Origin: Sporopachydermia quercuum
Taxonomy: Eukaryota
Direction of reading: 5' to 3'
Assembly: GCA_001599295.1 (NCBI GenBank)
Contig: BCGN01000004.1
Span: forward strand, 810,138 to 874,137
Length of the DNA stretch: 64,000 nt
Shown: in pieces, positions 32,777-45,579 of the stretch
Numbering within the stretch: the first letter of the stretch is position 1
Layout: each line of letters begins with the position of its first letter
Notes under the pieces: generated by a model
The model's database searches: none
What the model was told of the DNA's origin: nothing
The model's input: the letters and a program-made list of their open reading frames with translations, nothing else
Made by a program: the position numbers and the translations under genes

Positions 32777-34500
32777 TTAGCCCTCATTGTCACTATTCAC
32801 ATCACTACTGTCATTATCATAATCAGCAGGACGAGTTTTTAATGAAGTAATTCCTCTTGCAGTAAGAAAATCCAAAAAATCATCACCATTATAACTATCA
32901 ATGAAGGCAAAAAACCCATGGAACACGTTCATTTTTGCCTCTTCATCATAGATCTTATCATAAATATGTTTGAACTTGAATACTTCCATTTCTGTGCTAT
33001 AAGGATCAAAAACAATAGCATCTCTTCCTAAGTCTGCAAGTCTTTTATTATAAGCATCATAGATAGGTTGCTCTAACAATAGGCCTAAACTAGGAGCCTT
33101 AGGAACATTGATTTTCTCCGGCTTGAAAGCCTCTTCAATTCTATCCAATGGACACCCGGTTCTAATCACTAATGCTGCCATACCAACCATTTTACGAATT
33201 TGATGAAGCATAAAAGATTGGCCATGAATCTTAACGGATAACCATTCTGTTCCAGAAATAATCTTAGGATCAGATACAGTTATAGATTTTATAACTCTTG
33301 CACAGCTCGGGTCTTTACTGTCCATTCTAATAGTAAAGTTGTGAAATCGATGGGTTCCTTCATATAGTTTGAATGCTTTACGAATTAATTCTAACCGATC
33401 ATTTGAAATTCTGTAAGCTCTTCTAGCAGTAGTTTGGATCTGTTTAATTTTCTTAATCTTTTCTTGTAATTCTGGGGTCAATTCTTTTAAAGCTTCCTCA
33501 ATAGGATCTTGCGCATTTTCAGTTGGTTTTCTTATTTGAACGTTTGATTCCTGAGCTTCTAATTCAGCTTCTTTTGCAAACAACTCTTTCAAATTATCGG
33601 TTAGTCCTTCTTTTGCTAATTGCTCCTTAACTTGAGCCCACCATTCAGCACCCTCAGTATCTTCTCTAGTTTGTCCTGGAAACTCTTCTTTTGCCCTAAC
33701 AACTTTCTTCGCCAAAATTGATTCAGGATTAGGAGGTAAAAATGAATAACTAGGAATCAAGTATTCATACATTCTGGAACTACACGACTTTCTTGATTCA
33801 AAACCTTTGGCAGTTCTAACAATACCCCAAACTCTAATCTGTTCTGGAAGATTTTCGTTTATCTTCTCCACGATATCTTCATCTTCAACAATCATTTTCA
33901 ATGAAATGCAATTGCCTGCTGCATGAACTCCTTTATCTGTTCTAGCTGCTCTTTGAAATGATACTTTCTTGGGATCGATTGAATTAGCTTGTGACACACC
34001 GCCGGCTTTAACAAATGCAGCAAATAGATCTCCCTCGATAGTTTTCATAGGAGGGTTCGCTTGTAACCCATGATATCCTGTTCCGCAATAACCAAACAAT
34101 ACAGCAACTTTTCTTTTTGGTCGTCTTTCTTCTTTCACTTCCGGTGCAACCCTATACTCAAACATGTTAGAAAAATTGAAGAAGCAGGAAAACATATACT
34201 ATGTAAAAATGTGCAAAGCTTTTATAAGAAAAAAATAAATACCAACCAATTATTGTCATTATATTCTCTAGGAACCCTTTTGGTTTTCTTGGAGTCCTTA
34301 TAATCGTCCCTCGTCCTAGTGCGGTTCCACGTACCATTGATACGACGCTTAAGGTTCTCGTCTGACTTAGTTCTCTTAGACTCTTCTGAGTCGTTTTTCT
34401 GATCATTGGTCTCATTTTCAATATTCGTGTTTTCGGGAGTTATACTGCTAGCGGATTCTATTCTAGGCTCCACTTTCGCAGCTGAGGATTCTTCTGACAT
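32777..34500 (-). CDS. PUS1: tRNA/U2 pseudouridine synthase Pus1, 2 exons: 34500-34247, 34151-32777
   Basis: KRKVAVLFGYCGTGYHG, RAARTDKGVHA, FHNFT and GQSFMLHQIRKM. The intron GTTGGT..TTCTAAC..TAG joins the two ORF-track pieces in frame; the exact junction is less certain. Confidence 0.9.
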
Positions 34501-34737
34501 TGATGTTATGCACTACCAAGATATATGTATGTTACTATATGCAAATACACACAGCAATGGAAGATCTATTATCTACACCGACAACCTATGAAGATATAAC
34601 ACCACCCTTTAGAGAGATTACTATCTTTTCTTGATAAACACTGTTTTATATATAAAGACAATAGCAAAGGATTTCATATCTTGGTGAACAGGAACCACTA
34701 CCAGAAACAGTTTCCTTCAGAATTCTCTTTATCAATA

Positions 34738-34943
34738 GAAAATTTTCATTATGAGAGAACATAAAGAAGCGAGAGGAAGCAGTTCACCCAGGGCCTAAAT
34801 TAAGACGGAATATATATATCACGTGAAACATAAATGTGGATGTTATTATATCCTATATATTCCATTCTTCTGATACCCTATGATGGGACTAATTATTATC
34901 CGCTTGGAGAAAATTTCTTTATTATGAGACCTGAAAAGTTTCA
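34738..34943. promoter_or_regulatory. Divergent PUS1/NIP7 promoter with RRPE-like elements and an E-box
   Basis: GAAAATTTTCA (~34738), CACGTG (34820-34825), GAAAATTT (~34909) and TGAAAAGTTTCA (~34932) lie between two ribosome/RNA biogenesis genes. Confidence 0.45.
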
Positions 34944-35097
34944 TGTTATAACGAAAGAATGCATAATCAAAAGATTGATTGATTGACAGCTGTTGATTGT
35001 GTCAATTCATATCAACCTCAACTTCATTGCCTCTTATTGATCTTGAATAACTTCCACCACTGAAGGGTTAGCAGAATTAACTGTTTTCACAGCAAAA

Positions 35098-35727
35098 ATG
35101 AGACAACTAACAGAAGAGGAAACAAAGGTAGTATTTGAAAAGCTTGCCAATTATATTGGTAGGAATATCTCTTACTTGGTTAAAAGTTCAGAGCCAAGCT
35201 GTTTCAGAGTTCAAAAAGATCGAGTCTATTATATCAGGTAAGTACTTTTTGTTTATGTCTAACTGAGTTGGTATATTGGCACGTTGTTGATAATCTTGGG
35301 AGCCCAATACTAATCAGTTATTAGTGAGAATGTTGCTCGATTTGCTACATCAGTCGCTAGACATAACCTCATGTCAGTTGGAACATGTATTGGTAAATTC
35401 ACCAAAACTGGTAAATTCAGATTGCATATAACAGCTTTAGAGTATCTAGCAAAGCATGCCAGATACAAGGTTTGGATCAAGCAAAATGGCGAGATGCCTT
35501 TCCTATATGGCAATCATGTTCTAAAGGCACATATTGGTAAGATGAGTGATGACATACCAGAACATTCAGGCGTTATCATTTTTTCCATGAACGATATTCC
35601 GTTAGGGTTTGGGGTTAGTGCTAAGAGTACTATAGAAGTAAGAAATATGCAACCAAATGGTATTGTTGCTTTCCGTCAGGGAGATATCGGTGAATATTTA
35701 CGTGAAGAAGATACACTTTTCGTTTAA
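35098..35727 (+). CDS. NIP7: 60S biogenesis factor Nip7, 2 exons: 35098-35237, 35325-35727
   Basis: MRQLTEEETKVVFEKLANYIG..., GKFTKTGKFRLHITAL, QGDIGEYLREEDTLF. The intron is GTAAGT..TACTAAT..TAG. Confidence 0.95.
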
Positions 35728-36047
35728 TGTTGATGATGAAGTATCTAGAGTTAAGTAGAGGTCTCATCAATCTAAAAATTTGATGGAATGGGAAATGAGG
35801 TTCAAGTTACATATATCGCTAAAGGTTTTTTACTGAACTAAATAAATGTGTAAACTATATAATAATTTTATGGTAATGTGTTTGTTATGCAGTCTCCTCT
35901 ACAGTAGAAGGTTGTTCTTACTGATGTAATTGGTAATACAGTAAATATTATTTTATATAATAATCACCTAAATTGAAAACTGGAGTACTACAGAATACTA
36001 TAAATTGTATATATACAACTCCGTAGAATATCATTTTCTCAAACACC

Positions 36048-37898
36048 CTAACGTTTACCCTTCTTCTTCTTCTTATTCTTGTTGCTATTATTACTCTTTG
36101 CAGCTGGTTGAGTAGCTTTAGCGTCAATACCAACTTCAGTAACATTATCAGCAACACCACCTTGAGTATCATTCTTCTTACCTTTCTTCCCCTTCTTTGG
36201 CTTGTAGGTACTTCTGTCTTTCAATGGTAACCATCTTTCAGGGTCTACCTTAGTATTAGGATCAAAATTTTCTGGTTTACGTTTTTCTGATAACTTTCTT
36301 ACTTTCTTTTTTGATGATTCTTTTGACTTACTGCTAGCTTTTTCAACTGGACGTTTCTTAGAAATTAATGGATTAACGCCTTGAGCTATTATCGTGTCAA
36401 CGTCAATTCCTGATATTAAATCATTAACAGAAATCACATTGGAGAGTTGAATTTGTCCCTCTTTCTCAGTAGTAACTGTAGCAGCCACACCGACTTTAAC
36501 AGCAGTTGAGTTTGATGTTTTCGATAATTTGGTGAAAATTTGTTCAGCTTTCTTTGTATACTGTTCATCACCTTCTCTTAAAAATCGATAGGCAATCTCT
36601 AGTAATAAAGAAGTACTATATGGATCAATTGATTGCTCAACTCGTTTATAAACATTATCAAGCATCTTCAAACAGGGTTTTCTTGCTCCTTGAACATCAT
36701 ACAAAGCTGTTAGAGCTCCCACGACACCACAGCTGTAATCAGATTTCTTCTCTTCAATATAGCTCTCAAGCAACTGTGAAGCCAATTGTTTTCTTCCAAA
36801 TAGAACGTACAGTTGAGATAAAATTAAAACTAAATGAGCATTGGTCTTTTCTTCAGGGTTTTTGGATAAAAACTCCTTGATCTTTCTTGTTTTTTCAGGA
36901 ATTGGATCATCTTGGTTAATCCCCAGTTTATCATAAACTGCAAAAACATTTGACCTCCTCCCAGCAGCCAGTCTCAAAGTATCAAGGGTGAAAAGATATT
37001 GTTGTCTCTGTCGGAAAATAAATCTATCTAAAACCTTTTCCTGGGGAATAGTAAACAATTTCCTTAGGACAACATTAGGATTGAAGATCTGTTTCAAAGC
37101 TACTTGATTGTTGATGAAAATAGCTTTCAATCCTGCATCTTCAATGCTATCAACATCAAGATTGGAAAGGATATTTTGCGCAGCGTCAACATCATTGAGA
37201 ACGTGATGGATGTATGCTAGAAGTAACTGAATTGGAACCAGTTCTTGTTTAACATCTTCTGCTGATAACGGAGAAGATTCACAGTTTTCTTTCGCTTCGT
37301 TCAAGAAAGATAATGCTTGACTGAAATCACCCTTTGCAAAACTAAGAATAGCTTCATTGAAAAAACGGTCATAAGATTCATTACTAACCTTTGATTTCCT
37401 TTCTAAAGAACAAACCTCAGGTGATGATGATAAAATATATTCACTAATTAATGATAATTCATTGACTGATAAGTCTAATTCCTCATTAGCTATTCTTGCA
37501 TCACTTCTCAATAAGCTCTCATAAACATTAATTGCCGCTTCGAAGTCTCCTTCGCCGTATCTTTCTTGAGCATAAATATGATTCAATCCTCGGTTATTGA
37601 AATTGTTACTCTTGATTAATTCTTGCAGTTTTTTATGATCTCCAACTTTGTAGTACACATAAGCTTTGGCAACTAATATATCAGAAGAATCAACGACTTG
37701 ACTTGGTAACTTATCAAGTACTTGATAAGCAATTTGATATTTTTCTAAATCTAAAGCAATTCTTAAGAAAATCTTGACATTTTTTAGCGATCTATCAATT
37801 GTTAAGTTCTTAACTGCTCCAGCGAAAGTTGATTCAGTCTTTGATGTTAATGATAGCTGTTCAAAGATATCTTGTAAAGCTTTNACGTCGGAACTCAT
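36048..37898 (-). CDS. SRP72: Signal recognition particle subunit Srp72
   Basis: TPR-like helical body and C-terminal RNA-binding motif DPERWLPLKDRSTYKPK in a K-rich tail; adjacent to NIP7. Confidence 0.9.
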   Translation of the reverse strand: MSSDXKALQDIFEQLSLTSKTESTFAGAVKNLTIDRSLKNVKIFLRIALDLEKYQIAYQVLDKLPSQVVDSSDILVAKAYVYYKVGDHKKLQELIKSNNFNNRGLNHIYAQERYGEGDFEAAINVYESLLRSDARIANEELDLSVNELSLISEYILSSSPEVCSLERKSKVSNESYDRFFNEAILSFAKGDFSQALSFLNEAKENCESSPLSAEDVKQELVPIQLLLAYIHHVLNDVDAAQNILSNLDVDSIEDAGLKAIFINNQVALKQIFNPNVVLRKLFTIPQEKVLDRFIFRQRQQYLFTLDTLRLAAGRRSNVFAVYDKLGINQDDPIPEKTRKIKEFLSKNPEEKTNAHLVLILSQLYVLFGRKQLASQLLESYIEEKKSDYSCGVVGALTALYDVQGARKPCLKMLDNVYKRVEQSIDPYSTSLLLEIAYRFLREGDEQYTKKAEQIFTKLSKTSNSTAVKVGVAATVTTEKEGQIQLSNVISVNDLISGIDVDTIIAQGVNPLISKKRPVEKASSKSKESSKKKVRKLSEKRKPENFDPNTKVDPERWLPLKDRSTYKPKKGKKGKKNDTQGGVADNVTEVGIDAKATQPAAKSNNSNKNKKKKKGKR

Positions 37899-38682
37899 TC
37901 TCTAAAGGAATATGTGTAGCCTTACTATTGTTATGGCAAACCGACGGTTTCTTTCTTGTAATATATATATATTTATAAATAGTCTAACAGTAGTACCGAG
38001 TTATTGATGGCCTATTCTCAACATCTAGTGGAGTTTTCCCAATGCTTGGCTAAATGCTTCAATAACGTATACCAGAACAATACTAGCCTTCCTATTTATC
38101 AACTAATATTCAACCAACAAGAGTTATCACCAAAAGCCGATTGAATATATTAACACAGTTCTCTTAACCGCTAATCTTATCTTCTACTTCAACAAGCAAT
38201 AAATCGTAGTTTGTCTTTCCCTATGACCATCACACTGTCTGCCACTATGGTCCATTAATTGAGCTGTGATGTTCAGTAGTTCAATCATCCCTTCCAGTTG
38301 GATACCTCAGTGAAAAATTCCGTGGTAAATCTCAGACCTTCAGCGTAATAGTCAGTATTCACATTTACTATCCGCAAATCCTCTCACTATTTGAATTGAT
38401 TAAGGGAAGAATTGTAACAAACTAATAAATAATATCGTATATATAATATTATTAATAATAGAAAAGCCACAAGCAAAAGGATAACCAGTTTCTGCTTGCA
38501 TTTTACTAGTATATTGGGGTTAGAACAAATAGGCATTTGTTGCTATTTCCGAAAGATTTTTTCTGTTGTTACCAGAGGAGATATTGTGCTCAGTCAGAAC
38601 TGACAGTTTGTGGGAAATATCCGACCAACCATCAGTTGCGAAAGATAGCTGAGCAAGTGCTAGAAGTAGAAGTTCTCAGAAT

Positions 38683-40326
38683 ATGTACAGCAGAGTTAGT
38701 GGGATCATTAATGGTCTTTGGAAGGTGAATATTGGTTGCTTGAATAGCCAAAGAGCATCAAATGGGTACAGAGCATCGAGCCTAATAACAGTTCGACACT
38801 ATGCAAAGGTCAAACGAGAACATAGACTGTTGGGTATTCATAGAACAAAAAGATTAAAGCCCCTGGAAGAAGATGAAGTGAAAACGAGTAAGAGAAACAG
38901 TAGTAAGGACAAGAAAAATGCCGAGAAATTGGGCATCACTTACGGGTTTGGATCAATTGGAAAACTAAGCAAAATCGAACCAAAAACACGATTCCAGAGT
39001 AAAAAACTGATTGAAGCAATTGGCAATTCTTTAGAAAGCTTAAAGTTATTTCCAGAAGTCAGGAATGCAATGAGAAAGGAGGTAGAAGCTAATTCACCGA
39101 GTTTTCAATCTTACCGACAGACGGAAATGCCAGATGAAGTTCTTGCCACACCTATTCAAACTGCAGCAATTAAAGCTATTCAGGGAAGAAGACGCAGTGA
39201 AGAAGAGATCAAAACGTTTATGATTGCAGCAGAGACAGGTTCTGGTAAGACATGGTCATATTTGGCCCCTGTTTTGCATAAATTAATCGAAGAACAAAAG
39301 AATGAAGTCAAGTGGTCACATATGAAAGATTCACCTATTATTCGATCTACTATTATCTTACCAACTCATGAATTAGTTGATCAATTGATGATAACATTGA
39401 AAAAAGTTGCCGAAATCACAGGTTTACATGTTTGCAAGTTAAATATTCATGATAATGAAGCATTTAATGATTTCAGAGAGAATCATCTTCTCAAAAGAAT
39501 CGATATCCTCGTCACTACTCCAACAAAATTTGATATGTTGTATAATAGACATAGTGGGTTCCCTGAAAGAAAATATGCTTTTCCCTCAATTAAACATCTG
39601 ATTATTGATGAAGCCGATACACTAATGGATGAATCTTGGTTTCAAGTTACATTCAAATCCATTAAACATTGTCGTGGATTGAGGGATCTGATTTTCTGTT
39701 CAGCCACAATTCCTGCTGATTTTCAAAAAACTGTCGCAAAACATTTCCCTGATGTGGTGAAAGTATCAACCCCTGATTTACATAAAATCCCCAAGGCTAT
39801 TTCAGTAAAAGTGCTTGATTGTAGTAAGAAACCCTATAATAACGACAAAAGAAAAGGCCTTGCTCAAGCTTTGTATGCAATTTACCATGATGGAACTAAT
39901 TTGGGTTTCGAGAAAAGAGTCATCGTTTTCGTTAATAGAGTAGACGAAGTTGATGAACTTGCAAAGTATCTTACCACTTTTGGTCATGATACCTTTGCTA
40001 TGAGTGGAAAAACTGACTTAGATAATAGAGCTGAGATAGTGCAAACGTTTACTAGTCCTCCAAAATTACTTAAAGAGGGAGAGAAAGCTAGACTAAAAGT
40101 ACTAGTTACTACTGATGTTGTTTCAAGAGGTATTAATTTTAAATGGGTTCATGATGTTGTTATTTTTGATGTTCCCAAGACTGCCGTTGATTTACTGCAT
40201 AGATCTGGTAGAACAGGAAGAATGATGAACAAAGGAAGAGTATTCTTGCTAGTGAATAAGAAGGAAAACAAGTCCTGGATTAGAGGTTTACCATCTGCCG
40301 TTAAAAAGGGTATTGCTATCTCTTAA
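38683..40326 (+). CDS. MRH4: Mitochondrial DEAD-box RNA helicase Mrh4
   Basis: Presequence-like basic N-terminus, AAETGSGKTWSYL, DEAD, SAT, SRG and HRSGRTGRM. Confidence 0.85.
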   Translation: MYSRVSGIINGLWKVNIGCLNSQRASNGYRASSLITVRHYAKVKREHRLLGIHRTKRLKPLEEDEVKTSKRNSSKDKKNAEKLGITYGFGSIGKLSKIEPKTRFQSKKLIEAIGNSLESLKLFPEVRNAMRKEVEANSPSFQSYRQTEMPDEVLATPIQTAAIKAIQGRRRSEEEIKTFMIAAETGSGKTWSYLAPVLHKLIEEQKNEVKWSHMKDSPIIRSTIILPTHELVDQLMITLKKVAEITGLHVCKLNIHDNEAFNDFRENHLLKRIDILVTTPTKFDMLYNRHSGFPERKYAFPSIKHLIIDEADTLMDESWFQVTFKSIKHCRGLRDLIFCSATIPADFQKTVAKHFPDVVKVSTPDLHKIPKAISVKVLDCSKKPYNNDKRKGLAQALYAIYHDGTNLGFEKRVIVFVNRVDEVDELAKYLTTFGHDTFAMSGKTDLDNRAEIVQTFTSPPKLLKEGEKARLKVLVTTDVVSRGINFKWVHDVVIFDVPKTAVDLLHRSGRTGRMMNKGRVFLLVNKKENKSWIRGLPSAVKKGIAIS

Positions 40327-40819
40327 TAGTGGAACCGTTATTGGAAATCAAGAGCTCTAACAGTCTCTTGTATCTGAGTATATGTTTTCAGTCATCGATT
40401 CCTAGGAAAAAGCTGGTTGTGGTTCTATTCATACCGTTTATCTATGCTCTTCTAGAAGATTTTCTTGTACATAAATATATAATGATTATTAATTATCATC
40501 AATGGGGTTCATAATTTAAATGAATTTGGTTTGGGTTTATACGCTTCTTTACATCAGCATGATGTTCTTTCGAGATTGATTTTGTAGATTGTTGAAAACC
40601 CCTGTTCATCAACTTATTACATATAGTACTAGATGCTTGGCTTGTTGTCTCCTGNATGGGGTCTCTCCCTTAAATAACGTACTATAGTTGGTATTGTTTT
40701 AGGCTATTAGTACTTACACTAATATTCAGACAATAATTCGATTAATCAGTCAATTATTTCATTTCACTTTTATTGCCAGTTATCCTAATTTTCACCCATA
40801 TAATGTACCTTACGATATT

Positions 40820-42098
40820 TTAGACCATCTTCTCTGGCTTAGACCATAAAGGTTTGTTTCTTACTATCCATGGATGGTTTGGTATTTGGTCCAAGGGATA
40901 TCTATTCGTTGGATCATGTTGCAAGAGCTAGAAAATTGTTAATAATCAAATCTACCAATGATATCAATGACTTCAAAATCCATGCTAGGTTTATCCAGTA
41001 CAAGAATAAAGCCAGCGTAAGAAATTTTGAGACTTGAAATATTTCTTTCTTTCTTACCTTTCTGATTAAATCTGCAGCATCAGGAGAAACAAATGAAGGA
41101 ATCCTTAAATCAACTTTTGCAATGCGTTTATATGTAGCAGCATGTCCGGACTCTTCAAAAGGAGGAGCACCAACCAAAAATTCATATGTTAGAACTCCTA
41201 ATGACCATATATCAACTTTATCATCATGATCTTTTGCTTCAACCATCTCTGGTGGTAAATAATCTAGTGTACCACACATTGTCGACCTTTTAGATGAGGG
41301 AGCATGAACACTCCATCCGAAATCAGAGATTTTGATTACGTTGTCAAACCCAAGTAAGATATTCTCTGGCTTTATATCTCTATGAATGATATGTTTCTTA
41401 TGAAGATGCGACAAAGCAGATGCCATTTGACAAATGAAATATGATGCCATTGGATCGCTGAATCTTCTCTTCTTTTTCAATAATCGATACAATTCTCCGT
41501 TAACAACATATTCTAATATCAAGTAAACTCTTTTAGAATCATGGAAGTGGCCATAGAGACGTAAAATATTTGGATGACGTAAATTGCTTTGAATTTCGAC
41601 TTCGCGTCTAAATTGCTTTTCCACTTTATATTCAATTAATTCTTTCTTCTCCATAACTTTCAATGCACATATATATCCCGTTTTCTTATCTCTTACACAG
41701 TAAACTTTACCAAATTTACCTTTACCTAATTTACGACCAACCTCAAAGTCATCTAATGTATAAGTTCTAGGACTACCGTTTAATGTTCCTGTGGGAATTC
41801 CCGATAATGGATTACTCTTTCTTATTCGTTCAGCTAATTCGTTTGATGGTTCTTGTTTCTCTGGAGAAGATTGCTGTTTAGTTTTGAACTGTGGATTTTG
41901 AACTCTTATTAATGGTTGTCGCATAGATGATGGTCTAGTATGGCTTGAGATGTTTATCGTTGATGTCCTTTTGATGGTTGCTGAGTTATTAGCTACATTG
42001 GCAAGATTAGTAATACTGCTTGATGTTTTGAAACGATGGGGCTCAATGTTCTCAATTGAAACCTGAGATAGCTTTGTTTCCAACGATGAGATCTCCAT
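40820..42098 (-). CDS. IPL1: Aurora kinase Ipl1, 2 exons: 42098-41058, 40927-40820
   Basis: [42 protein letters not shown]. The intron GTAAGA..TATTAAC..TAG restores [26 protein letters not shown]. Confidence 0.93.
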
Positions 42099-43020
42099 AT
42101 TGATGATTAACAGCTAATATACTTTGATGGGTGTATTTAAGCTCTTCTGACCCAATATGAAGATTGAATAATATAAATGCAATGTTGAACCAATTGGAAA
42201 CTTCGTTGATATAACCTTGAAAGATCGAATTGACTTGACTTGTCTTGTAATATTAATAAGAATGTTGGAGTGAAGGGAAAAAAACATGATGATAATGATA
42301 ACGGCAGTGGTAATGATGAAGAAGAAGAAAAGAAGAAGCCGAAGAATGATTAATGGAAAATAGCTGAATTGGGTAATCGATAAATAAATCGACTAAAATA
42401 TGTAATATTTGAAGTGAGATATGATGCTTTTTTAAGGAGGGCCTATGGGAGATCGTAGAGCAATAGAATGAATTGAGAAGCAAAATTGTAAAGCATTTCC
42501 TGGATAGAAATCGAGCTCAACGATTTCGAAACTATAGTATTTTTTTGCTTAAGTCAAAATGGTAATTGCTTTATTAAATTTAATTAGCAGGATATCATAT
42601 GTTTGTAAATGACGTACATTTTCCTGCTCTATCTATTACTCTTGACTAGGAAATGATGATTGCTGATTACATTATCCAAAAATATGTTAGAAAAGTTTTA
42701 TTGATAATGTAATACAATAAAGGCTTCATATATTGTAGAACTTTTTTCATCATGCTGGTGGAATAATTTTTCTGTAATAGTGAGCAAAAAGTGTGCTTAT
42801 ATGAAGTGACTGAATGATTCATTAGTGAGCTGTTTAGTAGACGGTGAGAGTTCATGGACGATGGAGTTTGGTTTCAAGAGTAAAGGTTTCATATATCATT
42901 GACTATATTTTATTTCAAAAACAAGAGGGCTAGGCATATAAGTAGTTCCAGACTGCGACTCCATTGGATTTTAAATGCATTACGGCAAATCAAAATCAAT
43001 TACAACATACTTGAGGTGAG

Positions 43021-43566
43021 ATGAATTCGGTACAATATTTAGAATCATATGGCTGGAAAAAAGGAGAAGCTTTGAAAAGAGGGGGTCTCAAGAGGCCAGT
43101 GTTGGTGAAACACAAGAAGGACAATAAAGGATTAGGACATGATAGTGATTTACATGAAGTTTGGTGGGAAAAAGTGTTTGATGTTCAATTAAAAGGCTTA
43201 GAAGTTTCTTCAGTTAAGGGCGATGTTTCTGTTAAAGGTAAAGAGTCTACAGATATTGAAAGACAAGTGAAGAAGGAGTTGACTGGATTATACTCATGGT
43301 TTGTCAAAGGTGAAGGCCTGGAAGGTACTGTTGAAGTGAAAACTAGAACGGACAAAACTTCTGAAAAACGGATAACTGATGATGAAAAATTAAATGAAAA
43401 ATTAAATGAAAAATTGGCGAAGAAGTCCAAATCAAAATCAAAATCGAAGTTAAAGTCCAAGTCAAAGGCTTCGAAGGATAAGAAAGTGCGAAGTAAACTT
43501 AAGTCTACAGATGTGAAAGAAGCTGACAAGCTGCTGAAGCAACTACTGAAGCAGAAAAGAAGGTAG
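43021..43566 (+). CDS. TMA23: Tma23-like G-patch nucleolar protein
   Basis: YLESYGWKKGEALKRGGLKRPVLVKHKKDNKGLG...WWEKVFD..LK...FVKGEGLEGT and a K-rich tail. Confidence 0.85.
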   Translation: MNSVQYLESYGWKKGEALKRGGLKRPVLVKHKKDNKGLGHDSDLHEVWWEKVFDVQLKGLEVSSVKGDVSVKGKESTDIERQVKKELTGLYSWFVKGEGLEGTVEVKTRTDKTSEKRITDDEKLNEKLNEKLAKKSKSKSKSKLKSKSKASKDKKVRSKLKSTDVKEADKLLKQLLKQKRR

Positions 43567-45217
43567 TCTTAAATTTATTGTCAGTTTTCAGTTGGTCTGT
43601 TTTGTTTCATTGGTTTGGGTTTAATGTTTTTGGTTGATTTATTGGGTTATTTTTTCAGAAATTTGGGTCAGCTATTGTTCTATTGAGATAGGTATTTATT
43701 TACTAGATACTAGAAAGTCCTTCTTTAAGTCCATATTTTTTTGTTGCTCAATCATTGCATTTTCTGTGCTGTCTTTTTTTTTCTCTTCCTTTTTGATGAA
43801 AAACAGCATAGGGTTTTATAATTTAATTTTAGCATATTCATTTCAATACAGATATTTTATTATCATGTTTTGTGCCTTGTGTATAAGTACGAAGTACGAG
43901 ATAAATCCACATAGATGAGTAAATTCTTCAGTTCCTATCTAAATGTCGCAGATTTTCTACCCCAACCTGAACCGCTGAACCTTGTTAAATTACTGCTCTA
44001 TTACACTCTTTTTCTTATAACTCTTAAACTGAAAAGTAAATCCCATTTACTATTTGGCAATCCTATATGCTCTTGCCAACAAAGGTGATATCTTCACTTT
44101 TTCATCATATCCAAACAACATATGCATCTTTAAATTTCATTTTCGAAACAAAACTCTACATGACGTAAATCTTAATCAAATACTACCTAATGGAGTTACT
44201 ACCATTATTGCACTCTAACCGCTTTCATATGATAGTACGTTGCGCTGCGTAGTCAAAGATAAATCACTGAATACATATACTAGAATTGAAATGAAAGCTA
44301 TACTGTAAATCTGTTTGAATAGTTTGATTTGATTTGATTTCAAGATTAATGGCTGTGGATCCTCTTGCATAGCTGATTCATACAAGTGTGATTCATAATC
44401 CTTATCACCAGTTTTCCCAACAGAAACATATCAGCATATCATATCGGAAGTAATATGGTTCCATCTTTTTATTTCCTCATAATTTCCGGAATATTTATAA
44501 CAGAATATACATGCAAGATATATGCATATTCACTAACTTTAAACCATTTTCACATGTAAATACTAACTTACGATTTTAGTCCTAGATAGTTGATGTACGG
44601 GTGTATATTTCCCGTTTGACTTACCTTACTTAGTTAAAGTTCAAGTAAGCTACTGTTATTTCATGAACACCAAATTATCACCCGCATCACAACGCCTAAT
44701 CTACTGAAGGAAAAATCCCCTTTCGTGTTCACGATAGTTTAGTTTTAGTNCTCAATAAAGCAATTAAACCCGTTGAATTTATGTTGATTATTATAGATTA
44801 CTGACCAAATAAACAAAAGAAGCTATCGATACACCTGCTGGAGTGTTGACAATATTAATTAAGTCTTTAGCATTGTATTGTATGATAATTGTATGATAAT
44901 TTCGACAAGCAACAAAACAACGATCAACACAATTAGGTGTATTGCTTTGTGTGAGAGTACCACCAACACTGGTTAAAGGTCTCAAGTGTTGATTACATGT
45001 TGAGGTAGTTGTTTTGGAGAATAAATGAGTAGAAGTTCATTGGTAGATTATTTGTGGTTTATTGGAAAGGAAAATCATAAAGGCAAACCACTGAATATTC
45101 ATACCAGGAACTTTAGATAAGACAACAGTCTTATCATACCAGGAATTCCAAAGACATTGTGGACATACCACATGGTGTCAGCATAGTAAGAAAGTAATTT
45201 TGGTCAAGAATAGTGTG

Positions 45218-45524
45218 ATGAGCACACCTAACCAAGGACAGATGCTGTATAGCAGCATGGGGTTTAATCCCAATGCTACGACTGGCGGAGGTAATGGTAA
45301 TGGGATGAGTGGAGGATTGAATAATAGTAGTGATAATAGATCTAATGGAGCAGCAATTCAGCCCCCCGTTTTCAATTCAAAAGAGGATTTGATTAGAACT
45401 ATTCAACGATGGCATATGTTAAAATCACAATTGGGTCAAAATGTTGTATCAAATCCTGAGTATAATGAGTTAACATCTTTGTTGCAGCGTCACCAACTGC
45501 GGACTAAACAATTAACTCAATTGC

Positions 45525-45579
<55 letters not shown>

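Noticed and set aside
34818..34910. Point-centromere-like layout (ATCACGTG followed ~76 bp later by CCG)
   Set aside because: The spacer is not >90% AT and the CCG context does not match CDEIII. The site fits a Cbf1 box in a divergent promoter.
40914..41057. Apparent aberrant hydrophobic C-terminus of Ipl1 in the ORF track
   Set aside because: It is translation through an intron; splicing restores the normal kinase end.
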